Source: a virus (lineage: Duplodnaviria; Heunggongvirae; Uroviricota; Caudoviricetes). From it: a stretch of 64,000 nucleotides of DNA. The notes under the pieces are model-generated. The model was given only the letters and a program-made list of their open reading frames with translations, ran no database searches and had not been told where the DNA came from. The DNA is taken from positions 1 through 64,000 of IMG/VR virus record IMGVR_UViG_2563366840_000011; one strand, given 5' to 3'. A program made the position numbers and the translations under genes. Below are positions 55,264 through 64,000 of this stretch, piece by piece. Position 1 is the first letter of the stretch. Each line of letters opens with the position of its first letter.

Positions 55264-56832
55264 ATGGTTCAGATTCTTGACCAGTATGGTCGCCCGCTTA
55301 ATAAAGAGGTGCTTAAAGCCCCCCAGACCTCCCGCACGTTCGAGCTTCAGCGCGACTGGCCAACTCACCCCTCGCGGGGTATGACCATTGCCCGTCTTCC
55401 TCGTTTGCTTGAAGCGGCTGAGCGCGGCGATCTGGCGGCTCAGGCTGACCTCTTCGAAGATATGGTTGAGCGGGACGGGCATATTTTTTCCGAAATGGCC
55501 AAGCGCAAGAATGCGCTGCTTACTCTGGACTGGAGCATCGAGCCACCGCCGAACGCGACGGCGGAAGAAAAGCAGATCGCCGCGATGGTGGCCAGCTGGT
55601 TCGCTGACCTTCAGGAAATGGAAGATATTACCCTGAACGCGGCGGAAGCTATCGGGCATGGTTTTTCTGCTCAGGAGATTGAAAAGTGGGAACTTGACGG
55701 CAATCTGTGGTTGCCCGTCAAAATCAAACTGCGTCCGCATCGCTGGTTCTGTACCACGCCGGAAGCCGGGGACGAGGTGCGTCTTAACACCGGCACGCTG
55801 GGTGGAGAAGAGCTCTGGCCGTTTGGCTGGCTGGTGCATACGCACAACGCCAAGTCAGGTTATATCGCGCAGTCAGGGTTATACCGCGTGCTGGTCTGGC
55901 CGTATCTGTTTAAAAACTACAGCGTGCGCGATCTCGCTGAGTTCCTTGAAATCTACGGACTGCCGCCGCGTATCGGGTCGTATATGTCCGGGGCCAGCCA
56001 GGATGAGCAGGATAAACTCATGGAAGCGCTGGTCAGTATCGGTCATAACGCATCGGGGATTATTCCTGACAACACCAAAATCGAATTTAAGGATGCCGCC
56101 GAGGGGCAGTCTGATCCTTTCATGGCGATGATTAACTGGTGCGAGCGTACCGAATCAAAGGTCATTCTCGGCGGCACGCTGACGTCACAGGCGGACGGTA
56201 AGTCCTCAACAAACGCCCTTGGTAATGTGCATAACGAAGTCCGTCACGATCTCCTGACCGCTGATGCCCGACAGCTGGAAGGGTTTTATCGAGGCTTCAT
56301 TCGTATGTTACTGGCCATTAATGGTTATAACGTCAGCCCGCGCCGTCAGCCGCGTCTGGTATTTGATACCCGCGAGCTGGAGAGCATTGAAACCTTTGCC
56401 AATGGTGTTTCCGCACTGGTACGCGCCGGGATGGACACTATTCCGACCTCATGGATACACAAAAAGGTCGGGATTCCGGTACCAAAAGATAACGAAGCTG
56501 TGCTGACGCCGCCTGCTGCACCCTCTCCGGTGGGGCTGAGCACCACGCCGGTATTCCGCCATTTCACGGCACTCAGCACCACGGGTGAGGTTATTGACCC
56601 TGCGCAGGATGCGCTGGACAGCGCCACATCGCCAGGGGAGAGCATCGCGGTGGCCATGGATAAGCTGATTGCGCCGCTGGTCTCGGCTCTGAGCAAGGGG
56701 CAAAGCCCTGATGAGGCACTGGATATCATTGCTGCGAGTTATCCTCAGCTGGATGATGCGCAGCTGCAACAGCTGATAAAGCAGGCGCTTTTTGTCAGCG
56801 AGGTCTGGGGGCGACTCAATGCCGAAAGCTGA
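55264..56832 (+). CDS. Portal protein (Mu gp29-like)
   Basis: About 522 aa from ATG with AGGAGG SD. Confidence 0.8.
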   Translation: MVQILDQYGRPLNKEVLKAPQTSRTFELQRDWPTHPSRGMTIARLPRLLEAAERGDLAAQADLFEDMVERDGHIFSEMAKRKNALLTLDWSIEPPPNATAEEKQIAAMVASWFADLQEMEDITLNAAEAIGHGFSAQEIEKWELDGNLWLPVKIKLRPHRWFCTTPEAGDEVRLNTGTLGGEELWPFGWLVHTHNAKSGYIAQSGLYRVLVWPYLFKNYSVRDLAEFLEIYGLPPRIGSYMSGASQDEQDKLMEALVSIGHNASGIIPDNTKIEFKDAAEGQSDPFMAMINWCERTESKVILGGTLTSQADGKSSTNALGNVHNEVRHDLLTADARQLEGFYRGFIRMLLAINGYNVSPRRQPRLVFDTRELESIETFANGVSALVRAGMDTIPTSWIHKKVGIPVPKDNEAVLTPPAAPSPVGLSTTPVFRHFTALSTTGEVIDPAQDALDSATSPGESIAVAMDKLIAPLVSALSKGQSPDEALDIIAASYPQLDDAQLQQLIKQALFVSEVWGRLNAES

Positions 56833-58078
56833 TGTTGATCTGGGGTACGCCATCGGGTTAAAGCCCGAAGAAGCGATAGCCTACTTTGAGTCGAAGGGCT
56901 ACACCACCGGCTTTAACTGGCACGATGTTGAAGCCCGCGCCCACGCCACCAGTTTCACCGTGGCGGGCGTCCTTAAACAGGATGTGCTTGAGGATATTCA
57001 TCAATCGCTGCGCGAGCATATTGTTAACGGCGGCACGCTCCGGGACTTCGAACGGCAGATTACCCCAACGTTGATCCGTAAGGGCTGGCTTGCTGACCGT
57101 GCCAGGCTGGTCGCCGATGAAGATGGTGTACTGGAGGGTAAACAACTTACGCCACGCCGTCTGCGCACCATCTTTGAAACCAATATGCAGGCGGCGTATG
57201 GTGCCGGTCGCTATGCGGAGCAGATGGCCAACGCGGAGTTTCGCCCCATATGGGAACGCGTGGCCGTCATGGATATGCACACCCGGCCACTCCACGCCAG
57301 GCTCAATGGTTTCACTGCCCGCTATGACGATCCTGTGTGGCAGTTCATGTACCCGCCTGACGGATACCACTGCCGGTGCCGCATTCGCGCCAGAACCCAG
57401 GCGGATGCTGACCGCATGGGGATTGAGGTCAAATCGTGGGAGCAGGACATTGTCACGGTACAACAGGCATGGGGACCAAAAGAAACCCGTGACGTTAAGG
57501 CGTTACGCTTCAACGGCGAGCTTTACACGCCTGATGCCGGATTCGGGCACAATCCGGGTCAGGGCTGGCTCTCTTCTCTCGGACAGCGCCTTATGAATAA
57601 ATCTGCAACCACCACGCCCCGGATTGCCTCTCAGGCCATCCATGAAACACTGTCTGAACCTGCAGTGCTGGATGCCGTCAGTGATGATGTGCGTCGCTGG
57701 GTCGACACCGTCAGCGTGCGGCAGAAGACCCGTGGCGACCTGAGGCGCGTTGGCGGTATCCAGCCTGAGCTGCTGAATCGCCTCGAAGAGCGTGGTGTTA
57801 ACGGTGCGATCACATTAAGCATTCACGAAGAGGATGTCCGGCTGGCTCCGGGCCCGATGTGGTCAGAGCTTCCCGTTCTGCTACGTCAGCCAGCGGGTGT
57901 CTGGCTTGATGATGATGCTCTGGTGTGGCTCCTCTCCGGGCAGAACGGTATCCGCGCGGTGCGTGGTGTGCAGTCTGACAATGGCTGGCGTCTGTCGCTG
58001 ATGAACGCCGGTGCCACCGTCACTCCTGGTGATGTGTTATCTGAACGCGCGACGCAGCTGCTGGAGCTGAAATCATGA
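56819..58078 (+). CDS. Mu F-like head morphogenesis protein (gp30 family)
   Basis: 419 aa; position after portal; CxC-containing central motif. Confidence 0.75.
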   Translation: MPKADVDLGYAIGLKPEEAIAYFESKGYTTGFNWHDVEARAHATSFTVAGVLKQDVLEDIHQSLREHIVNGGTLRDFERQITPTLIRKGWLADRARLVADEDGVLEGKQLTPRRLRTIFETNMQAAYGAGRYAEQMANAEFRPIWERVAVMDMHTRPLHARLNGFTARYDDPVWQFMYPPDGYHCRCRIRARTQADADRMGIEVKSWEQDIVTVQQAWGPKETRDVKALRFNGELYTPDAGFGHNPGQGWLSSLGQRLMNKSATTTPRIASQAIHETLSEPAVLDAVSDDVRRWVDTVSVRQKTRGDLRRVGGIQPELLNRLEERGVNGAITLSIHEEDVRLAPGPMWSELPVLLRQPAGVWLDDDALVWLLSGQNGIRAVRGVQSDNGWRLSLMNAGATVTPGDVLSERATQLLELKS

Positions 58079-58617
58079 GTTACGCCATCAGGTATGACAT
58101 TGGTGACTTTGAGCGTTCACTCGGTGAACTCATTAAAAAGCTGGAAAACCGCGCCCCCCTGATGCGCGAGATGGCCGCTGCCATGGGCGATGCCGTCGAA
58201 GAAAATTTCGCGCAACAGGGTCGCCCCGCATGGATGGGCTGGAGCCCGGCATACGCCCGTCAGCGCCGGGGCGGTAAAATTCTCCAGAAGAGCGGTCGAC
58301 TGGCGGCAAGTATCACCCAGTACAGCACGAATGATGAGGCGACGGTCGGGACCAATGTGAAATACGCCCGCATCCACCAGGAAGGCGGGGAAATCAGCAT
58401 TCCGGCCCGCAGTCAGAAAGCCTGGTACCGCCAGAAAAAGGATGGTTCAGTGGGTAACCGGTTCGTTAAAAAATCCCGCTCCAACTTTGAGCAGTGGAAC
58501 ACTATCGGGGCGTATAAAATTAGGATGCCCGCGCGTCCTTTCCTGCATCTCACCGAAGATGACGTGGAGAAGATGGAGAATACGGCTGAGCAGTATCTGA
58601 AACATATTTTAGACTGA
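58075..58617 (+). CDS. Mu G-like virion morphogenesis protein
   Basis: 180-aa ORF after F. Confidence 0.55.
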   Translation: MSYAIRYDIGDFERSLGELIKKLENRAPLMREMAAAMGDAVEENFAQQGRPAWMGWSPAYARQRRGGKILQKSGRLAASITQYSTNDEATVGTNVKYARIHQEGGEISIPARSQKAWYRQKKDGSVGNRFVKKSRSNFEQWNTIGAYKIRMPARPFLHLTEDDVEKMENTAEQYLKHILD

Positions 58618-58984
58618 GGGCAAATTCGTCCTGTAACGCGCTGTGACGCGTTCAGTCTGATTGTGCTAGAGTGATTCGCCAAAGAGGTGTTCAGACGTTT
58701 TTAAAAGCGGTTTAAAAAGGCCTGGGCTCATAAATGCATTACGGGAGCGGGCAACTGGACACATTCAAAGCTTTCCTTGATTATTTCACCCCGCAGCAGT
58801 GGGTCTTCATTGGCATCTTAGGGGGCTGGTTATAAAGGTTGCTGAGTGGTTCACTGACCGATACTTTGCCCGCAGGCGTCAGTCTGCTAAACCCGATAAG
58901 CCGACAACCAAAGCGATCCTCAGCGATAATCCACTGAACCTCTTCATCTGAACCTCCCCGCAGTGGTGCCGTATCGTCGGCACC

Positions 58985-60100
58985 ATGAAAAAGACACTCA
59001 TCGCTTCACTCACCCAGGAAATTAACACCGCTACTCCCGGTGTCATTCAGCTCTTTCCGGCTGGTGAATTCCGCGCCAGTGATGGTCGCCCGACCGAATG
59101 CGCCGCCTGGCTGATGACGCGGGAAATTGCAGAGCGCCTTATTGCCGCTGCTGATGCCCGCGCCACCCCCTATGTCCTTGACTACGAACACCAGACCCTT
59201 CGGGCCGCTAAAAACGGTCTGCCTGCGCCTGCAGCTGCATTCTTCAAAAAGCTGGAGTGGCGGGACGGCGAGGGTTTGTTCGCCATCGATGTCGAGTGGA
59301 CAGCCGCTGCGGCTGCAATGGTCGAGGCGAAAGAGTATCGCTTTATTTCCCCCGTATTTTCTTACGACAAAACCGGTCAGGTGCTGGAGTTGCTTAACGC
59401 CGCGCTGACCAATACACCAGCGGTGGACGGGATGGAGGAAGTGTTACTTGCTGCCGCCTCCCTGATGGCCGCGCATTTAACCACAGAGGGTCAGACCGAA
59501 ATGGATGAAGAATTTCTCAATGAGCTACTGAGCAACCTGCGCTGGATGCTCAATCTGCCAACCGCCTCAACGAAAGAAGAGATTATGGCTGAGCTGCAAA
59601 AAATCATCACCATGATTTCCAATGGCCAGGGGACTGCAGCGGCGTCGGTCAGTCTGCTGGATATCCTGAACCAGAACGCGCAGAGCATCGCCGACCTGTC
59701 AGCGAAACTCGACACGCCTGACCCGGCTAAGTGGGTTTCGGTGGAGGTCATGCATTCAGCCGTTCAGCAGGCAACAGAGCGTGCAGGTGCGGGTAATACC
59801 GCCGCACTCGCCACGCAACAGGCTGAAGCGTTGATTACGGTTGCCCTCGGCGACGGTCGTCTGCTTCCGGCACAGCAGGCATGGGCTGCGTCACTGGCGA
59901 AATCCGATCCGGCCAGTCTTACCGCCTTTATCGAAAAAGCGCCAAAGATTGCCGCACTGACGACCAGTCAGACTCAGGGGCAACCGCCTGCAGGCCTTCC
60001 GTCACACCCGTCACAGGGTGCTGAAGATGATGCGATTGACCCGGCCATCTGCTCCATGATGGGCAATGACCCGGAAAGCGTCGCGAAATACCTCAAATAA
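58985..60100 (+). CDS. Mu I-like head protease/scaffold protein
   Basis: 371-aa ORF with Ala-rich coiled-coil C-terminal half; position before major head. Confidence 0.75.
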   Translation: MKKTLIASLTQEINTATPGVIQLFPAGEFRASDGRPTECAAWLMTREIAERLIAAADARATPYVLDYEHQTLRAAKNGLPAPAAAFFKKLEWRDGEGLFAIDVEWTAAAAAMVEAKEYRFISPVFSYDKTGQVLELLNAALTNTPAVDGMEEVLLAAASLMAAHLTTEGQTEMDEEFLNELLSNLRWMLNLPTASTKEEIMAELQKIITMISNGQGTAAASVSLLDILNQNAQSIADLSAKLDTPDPAKWVSVEVMHSAVQQATERAGAGNTAALATQQAEALITVALGDGRLLPAQQAWAASLAKSDPASLTAFIEKAPKIAALTTSQTQGQPPAGLPSHPSQGAEDDAIDPAICSMMGNDPESVAKYLK

Positions 60101-60111
60101 AGGAGAGCGAA

Positions 60112-60504
60112 ATGGATCGTCATACCCCTTATCGCGACGGCCAGCTGTTTGCCGTCCCGGTTGCGGCAGCCACTGAACTCTTTGGCGGCCACATTATTGC
60201 GGCCAACGCAGCGGGTTTTGCTGTACCAGGCAGCGCCACTGCAGCCAATACCACCCTCGGCATCTGTGATGGCTGGGTGGATAACTCTGCAGGTGCAGCC
60301 GGTGATGCAAGCGTGCTGGTTCGCCGTGGTAAAGCCTGGTTCCTGGCCAACAGCACTGCTGACGCGGTCACGCAGACGCAGATTGGCAAAGATTGCTACG
60401 TGGTGGACAGCCAGACAGTGGCTAAAACCAGTGATACCAACGCCCGCCCGGTCGCCGGAAAAGTGCTGGGTCTTGAGAATGATGGCGTCTGGGTTCTGAT
60501 TTAA
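60112..60504 (+). CDS. Hypothetical head-associated protein
   Basis: 130-aa ORF between I and the major head gene. Confidence 0.4.
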   Translation: MDRHTPYRDGQLFAVPVAAATELFGGHIIAANAAGFAVPGSATAANTTLGICDGWVDNSAGAAGDASVLVRRGKAWFLANSTADAVTQTQIGKDCYVVDSQTVAKTSDTNARPVAGKVLGLENDGVWVLI

Positions 60505-60517
60505 TAAGGAGAGAACC

Positions 60518-61426
60518 GTGTTAATTAACGTAAAAAATGTGCGTCAGATTTTCATTAATCTGAAAGCGACCTTCCAGAACGCCTTTGATCAGACACCGTC
60601 CGACTGGCAGAAGATTGCGATGGTGGTACCGTCGACCGGGAAAGAGAACGACTACAGCTGGCTGAGCCGTTTCCCGAAAATGCGTGAGTGGATTGGCGAC
60701 AAGGTTATTAAAGCGTTCGCCGCGTTCAACTACACCATTCGCAATAAAGACTGGGAAGCGACGGTTGAAGTTGAGCGTAACGATATCGAAGACGATCAGA
60801 TTATGGGCTATGCCCTGCAGGCTAAAGGTGCGGGCCAGTCCGCTGCCGAACTGCCAGCCGATATCGTCTTTGCACTCCTGAACAACGGCTTCACCAACCT
60901 TTGCTACGATGGTCAGCCCTTCTTTGATACCGACCACCTTTCCGGTGGCAAGTCGGTCTCTAACAAAGGCACGAAAAAGCTTGCCGTCACCTCGCTTGCC
61001 GCAGCAAAAGCAAGTTACGGCGCTGCACGAACCGCCATGCGCAGCCTGAAGGATGATGAAGGCGCATCCCTGAAAATTCGCCCGACCATCCTGGTTGTAC
61101 CTCCGGCTCTTGAAGATGATGCCAACTACCTGATGACGGCTGACCGCTTCCCGGACAATACGCCAAACCCTTACAAGGGGACGGCTGAGGTTATGGTTGT
61201 CCCTGAGCTGACGTCTGATACCGCCTGGTTCCTTCTGGATAACACCAAACCCGTGAAGCCCCTGATTTACCAGGAGCGTAAGAAACCAGTCTTTGTTGAG
61301 CAGACCGACTACAACTCTGACAACGTGATGATGCGTAAGAAGTTTCTCTTCGGTGCTGAAGCACGTGCAAACGGTGGCTACGGCTTCTGGCAGATGGCGT
61401 ATGGCTCTACCGGGGAGGACGCATAA
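60518..61426 (+). CDS. Major head subunit (Mu T-like)
   Basis: 302 aa from GTG with AAGGAGAG SD; Mu order. Confidence 0.8.
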   Translation: MLINVKNVRQIFINLKATFQNAFDQTPSDWQKIAMVVPSTGKENDYSWLSRFPKMREWIGDKVIKAFAAFNYTIRNKDWEATVEVERNDIEDDQIMGYALQAKGAGQSAAELPADIVFALLNNGFTNLCYDGQPFFDTDHLSGGKSVSNKGTKKLAVTSLAAAKASYGAARTAMRSLKDDEGASLKIRPTILVVPPALEDDANYLMTADRFPDNTPNPYKGTAEVMVVPELTSDTAWFLLDNTKPVKPLIYQERKKPVFVEQTDYNSDNVMMRKKFLFGAEARANGGYGFWQMAYGSTGEDA

Positions 61427-61833
61427 TGCCGATTCAAATCACTGCCCGCCGTAACGGTTTTCGCCGTCTCGGCATCGCCCACAGCGCGAATACTGTCACC
61501 TGGCCGGATGACCAGTTCAGCGACAGCGAACTCCAGATTCTGGAAAACGATCCCAATCTGATTGTGGTCCGCCTGCAGGATGTGCCTGAAATCTCAGGAG
61601 GTGATGATGCTGTTTCCGCCCTGATCGCTGAGCGTGACGGCCTTAAGGTACGCATCAGCGAACTGGAGGCGACGGTTCTGCAGCTCAATCAGGATGGTGA
61701 TGCACTTAAGCAGCAGCTAACCAGTGCAAACAGCACCATCGCAGAACTGGAAACTGAACGCAATGCACTGCGTCAGGAGCTGGATTCGCTGAAGGCCGGT
61801 TCGCAAACCCCGGACAAAAAGGCGAAGGGGTAA
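61426..61833 (+). CDS. Hypothetical coiled-coil protein
   Basis: 135-aa ORF. Confidence 0.4.
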   Translation: MPIQITARRNGFRRLGIAHSANTVTWPDDQFSDSELQILENDPNLIVVRLQDVPEISGGDDAVSALIAERDGLKVRISELEATVLQLNQDGDALKQQLTSANSTIAELETERNALRQELDSLKAGSQTPDKKAKG

Positions 61834-61836
61834 GCC

Positions 61837-62265
61837 ATGTACGCGAACCGTGAGGACATGGTCAGGGCGTTTGGTGAGCGTGAGTGCGTGTCGCTCACCG
61901 ACCGCAGCTATACCGGGCAGATTGACGATGATGTGCTGAACGGCGCACTCATTCAGGCCAGCGCTGAAATCGACGGTTATCTCTGCGGTCGCTATCCGGT
62001 GCCCTGGGCTGATGAGCCCCGTGTTCTCGTCGGTCGCTGCTGCAACATCGCCCGCTACCTTCTGTGCGGCTCTGAGACCCAGATGACAGATGAAATCCGC
62101 GAGCGGTATGAAGACACCGTTCGTTACCTGGAAAAAGTTGCATCCGGGCGAATCAATCTGGGCCGCACGACGACGGGGGACGTGGTGAAAAGCGGAACCG
62201 GTGCGCGGATGGTGTCTGGTGGTCGCGTCTTCGGGCGTGACCAGACTGGCGGAGGAAGTTTCTGA
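61837..62265 (+). CDS. Mu gp36-like protein
   Basis: 142-aa ORF in Mu order. Confidence 0.45.
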   Translation: MYANREDMVRAFGERECVSLTDRSYTGQIDDDVLNGALIQASAEIDGYLCGRYPVPWADEPRVLVGRCCNIARYLLCGSETQMTDEIRERYEDTVRYLEKVASGRINLGRTTTGDVVKSGTGARMVSGGRVFGRDQTGGGSF

Positions 62266-62924
62266 TGGTGATTACGGATATCGAAAAAGCCATCGTGGAG
62301 CGCCTTCGTAAAGGTATGGGGCGTATGGTGAAGAACGTGCGCTCCTACGGCGGCGAGCTGGACGGCGAACCTGCGGAGGTGCTGCGCCAGCTCCCTTCGG
62401 TCTGGGTGACCTTCGGCGGGGTACAAAAAACCGAGCCGTACAGCACAGCCCGGCAACGGTTTGTCACCCACGGTCGCTTTGTCGTGGTGGTTGGCGAGCG
62501 CAGCCTGCGCAGTGAAGAAGCGGCCCGAATGGGGGGGCCGCATGTGCAGGAGGTGGGGACGTATATTCTGGTCGCCGCCGTTCGTCGTCTGCTGTCGGGT
62601 CAGGATATGGCCGATACGGGTATCAAAATCGACCCGCTCAGCCCTGGTCGCGTGCGCACGCTCTTCAACACCCAGATAGAGTCTCAGGCATTTTCCGTTT
62701 TTGCCTGTGAGTTCGACACAAAGTGGATTGAGTCGGCGCTGGAGAACGGGCGTTACCCGCTCACGGCTGCGCCGGAAGACCATGCTGACCATATGTTCCG
62801 GATTTATGGCGGTGCCACTACCGACGATGACCCGGCATGGCTGAGAACCCGACTCAGTTACGATCTTAAGCAGCCTGATAAAGACAATGCAGCAGAGGAC
62901 ATTATCAGTCATGAGCAAAATTAA
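62265..62924 (+). CDS. Mu gp37-like protein
   Basis: 219-aa ORF in Mu order. Confidence 0.45.
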   Translation: MVITDIEKAIVERLRKGMGRMVKNVRSYGGELDGEPAEVLRQLPSVWVTFGGVQKTEPYSTARQRFVTHGRFVVVVGERSLRSEEAARMGGPHVQEVGTYILVAAVRRLLSGQDMADTGIKIDPLSPGRVRTLFNTQIESQAFSVFACEFDTKWIESALENGRYPLTAAPEDHADHMFRIYGGATTDDDPAWLRTRLSYDLKQPDKDNAAEDIISHEQN

Positions 62925-63132
62925 AGTAAAAGCCGCCAGAGGGTTGAGCGTGCCGCGCGAAGATAATGCGCGCCGCTACATTACTGATGCGGAACCAATT
63001 GAGGTGGAGAACACCGCTTATTACCAGCGTCAGGTAATGGCCGGTGATCTGATTATTGTTACCAGCAGTGACAAGAACACCAAAAGCAAAAGCAGCGAGC
63101 CCAGCGCGGAGGTGAACGGTGAGCAGTCCTAA
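62911..63132 (+). CDS. Mu gp38-like small protein
   Basis: 73 aa from ATG at 62911. Confidence 0.4.
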   Translation: MSKIKVKAARGLSVPREDNARRYITDAEPIEVENTAYYQRQVMAGDLIIVTSSDKNTKSKSSEPSAEVNGEQS

Positions 63133-64000
63133 TATCAGCTTTGACACTATCGGTACGAACCGCAAGCCGGGTCAGTATATTGAGTTCAACACCCGCCTGG
63201 CCGTTCGTACCCTGCCAGGTAACACCCAGAAGGTGCTGATGATTGCGCCAATGCTGGCCTCCGGTTTGTCTGCACCGCTTGTCATTCAGTCTGTTTTCTC
63301 TGATGAAGAAGCTGCGACGTACTTTGGCCGTGGCTCGCTGGCGCATCTGATGGCCACAGCGGCCATCGGTGCCTACCCCTATCTGCAGCTGCAGATCGTC
63401 GGGGTCAGCGATGCGGCCACTGCAACAGCCGCGACGGGCAAAATCGCCCTGACCGGCACAGCATCTTCCGGCGGGAAGCTGAGCGTGACCATTAATGGTA
63501 CCCGTATTGATGTCGGTATTTCGGCAGCAGATACGGCGGAGACCATTGCGGCAGCGCTGACGGAACTGATTACCCAGAAAGACGGGTTGCCAGTGACGGC
63601 AACAGCAAACGCGGGGGAAGTGACCCTGACCTGCCGCCATAAAGGGGCGGTTGGTAACGACATTATTGTCTCTTCCGGCGTAACGGCAGCGGGTATCACA
63701 GCGGCGACCACCACGCTTGCAGGCGGCAATGTTGATCCGGATATTACGCCAGCGCTGGCAGCGGCGTTCTCAGCAGGTCATAACATTGTTGTTTGTCCGT
63801 TCTCCACCCAGGAGGCGATGACGGCGCTGCGTAACCATCTGACAAACGTCAGCAATGCGATGGAACAGCGCGGCGCAATCGGTGTGGGTGGGTGGCGCAA
63901 GTCGCTTTCCACCGGCATTGCACTGGCAGCTTCACTTAATGACGGACGTATCACGCTGGGCTGGCATAGCGGTTCGGTAAAAACACCGGCGCAGATCGCC
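63119..64000 (+). CDS. Tail sheath protein (Mu L-like), 5' part only; continues past the window
   Basis: Open frame from GTG at 63119 (GGAGG SD) to the window end, translating MSSPNISFDTIGTNRKPGQYIEFN... Confidence 0.7.
   Translation, partial: MSSPNISFDTIGTNRKPGQYIEFNTRLAVRTLPGNTQKVLMIAPMLASGLSAPLVIQSVFSDEEAATYFGRGSLAHLMATAAIGAYPYLQLQIVGVSDAATATAATGKIALTGTASSGGKLSVTINGTRIDVGISAADTAETIAAALTELITQKDGLPVTATANAGEVTLTCRHKGAVGNDIIVSSGVTAAGITAATTTLAGGNVDPDITPALAAAFSAGHNIVVCPFSTQEAMTALRNHLTNVSNAMEQRGAIGVGGWRKSLSTGIALAASLNDGRITLGWHSGSVKTPAQIA

Larger units (their letters stand above)
41298..64000 (+). mobile_element. Mu-like transposable prophage, left end and about 22.7 kb (continues beyond the window)
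   Basis: Repressor/ner/MuA/MuB, GemA, Mor, lysis, terminase, portal, F, G, I, T and sheath genes in Mu order. Confidence 0.8.

Noticed and set aside
53627-55845. Minus-strand ORFs of 243 and 374 aa in the Mu-like terminase/portal region
   Set aside because: Antisense to clear terminase and portal genes; Arg/Pro-rich spurious frames.
56819-58078. Possible C-terminal toxin extension on the Mu F-like protein
   Set aside because: Length is within what I expect for Mu F-family proteins and the C-terminal region shows no recognisable toxin motif; not enough evidence.
62124-63729. Minus-strand ORFs of 264, 193 and 116 aa in the Mu-like structural region
   Set aside because: Antisense to Mu-order structural genes and the tail sheath start.

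Overview
The window holds two prophages side by side, flanked on the left by a chromosomal MFS transporter gene (ydfJ-like, 1..1284, minus strand). All calls are from reading the sequence and translated ORFs against remembered protein families; no database search was run. (1) A Qin-like lambdoid prophage spans ~1.3-40.2 kb in reverse orientation: ydfK-like, Pin invertase, tfa, stf, lom, then the full lambda-type tail and head module (J, I, K, L, M, H, G/GT, V, U, Z, FII, FI, E, D, C/Nu3, B, W, A, Nu1) and a lambda-like cos site at ~26430..26441. Beyond cos lie small accessory genes (ylcI-like, ydfO-like, gnsB, cspI), a lysis cassette (Rz/Rz1, SAR endolysin, ydfR, S21-type holin), cspB/cspF, a pR'-like promoter and terminator, Q, ydfU, rem, hokD, relBE, ydfV and flxA. 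No integrase, excisionase, repressor or replication genes are present; the prophage ends at an IS element of uncertain family and an IS1 copy with no target-site duplication, so it looks defective through IS-mediated deletion. (2) A Mu-like transposable prophage starts at ~41.3 kb inside a fragment of a zinc-type dehydrogenase gene (rspB-like by position) and runs off the window end: repressor, ner, MuA, MuB, an accessory early region, GemA, Mor, an AT-rich secreted-protein ORF, GH19 endolysin with spanins, terminase, portal, F, G, I, major head and the start of the tail sheath. No tRNA, rRNA or CRISPR array was seen. The most unusual items are the AT-rich signal-peptide ORF translationally coupled to mor, the MazG-like/DUF4406-like pair in the Mu early region, and the IS1 junction.
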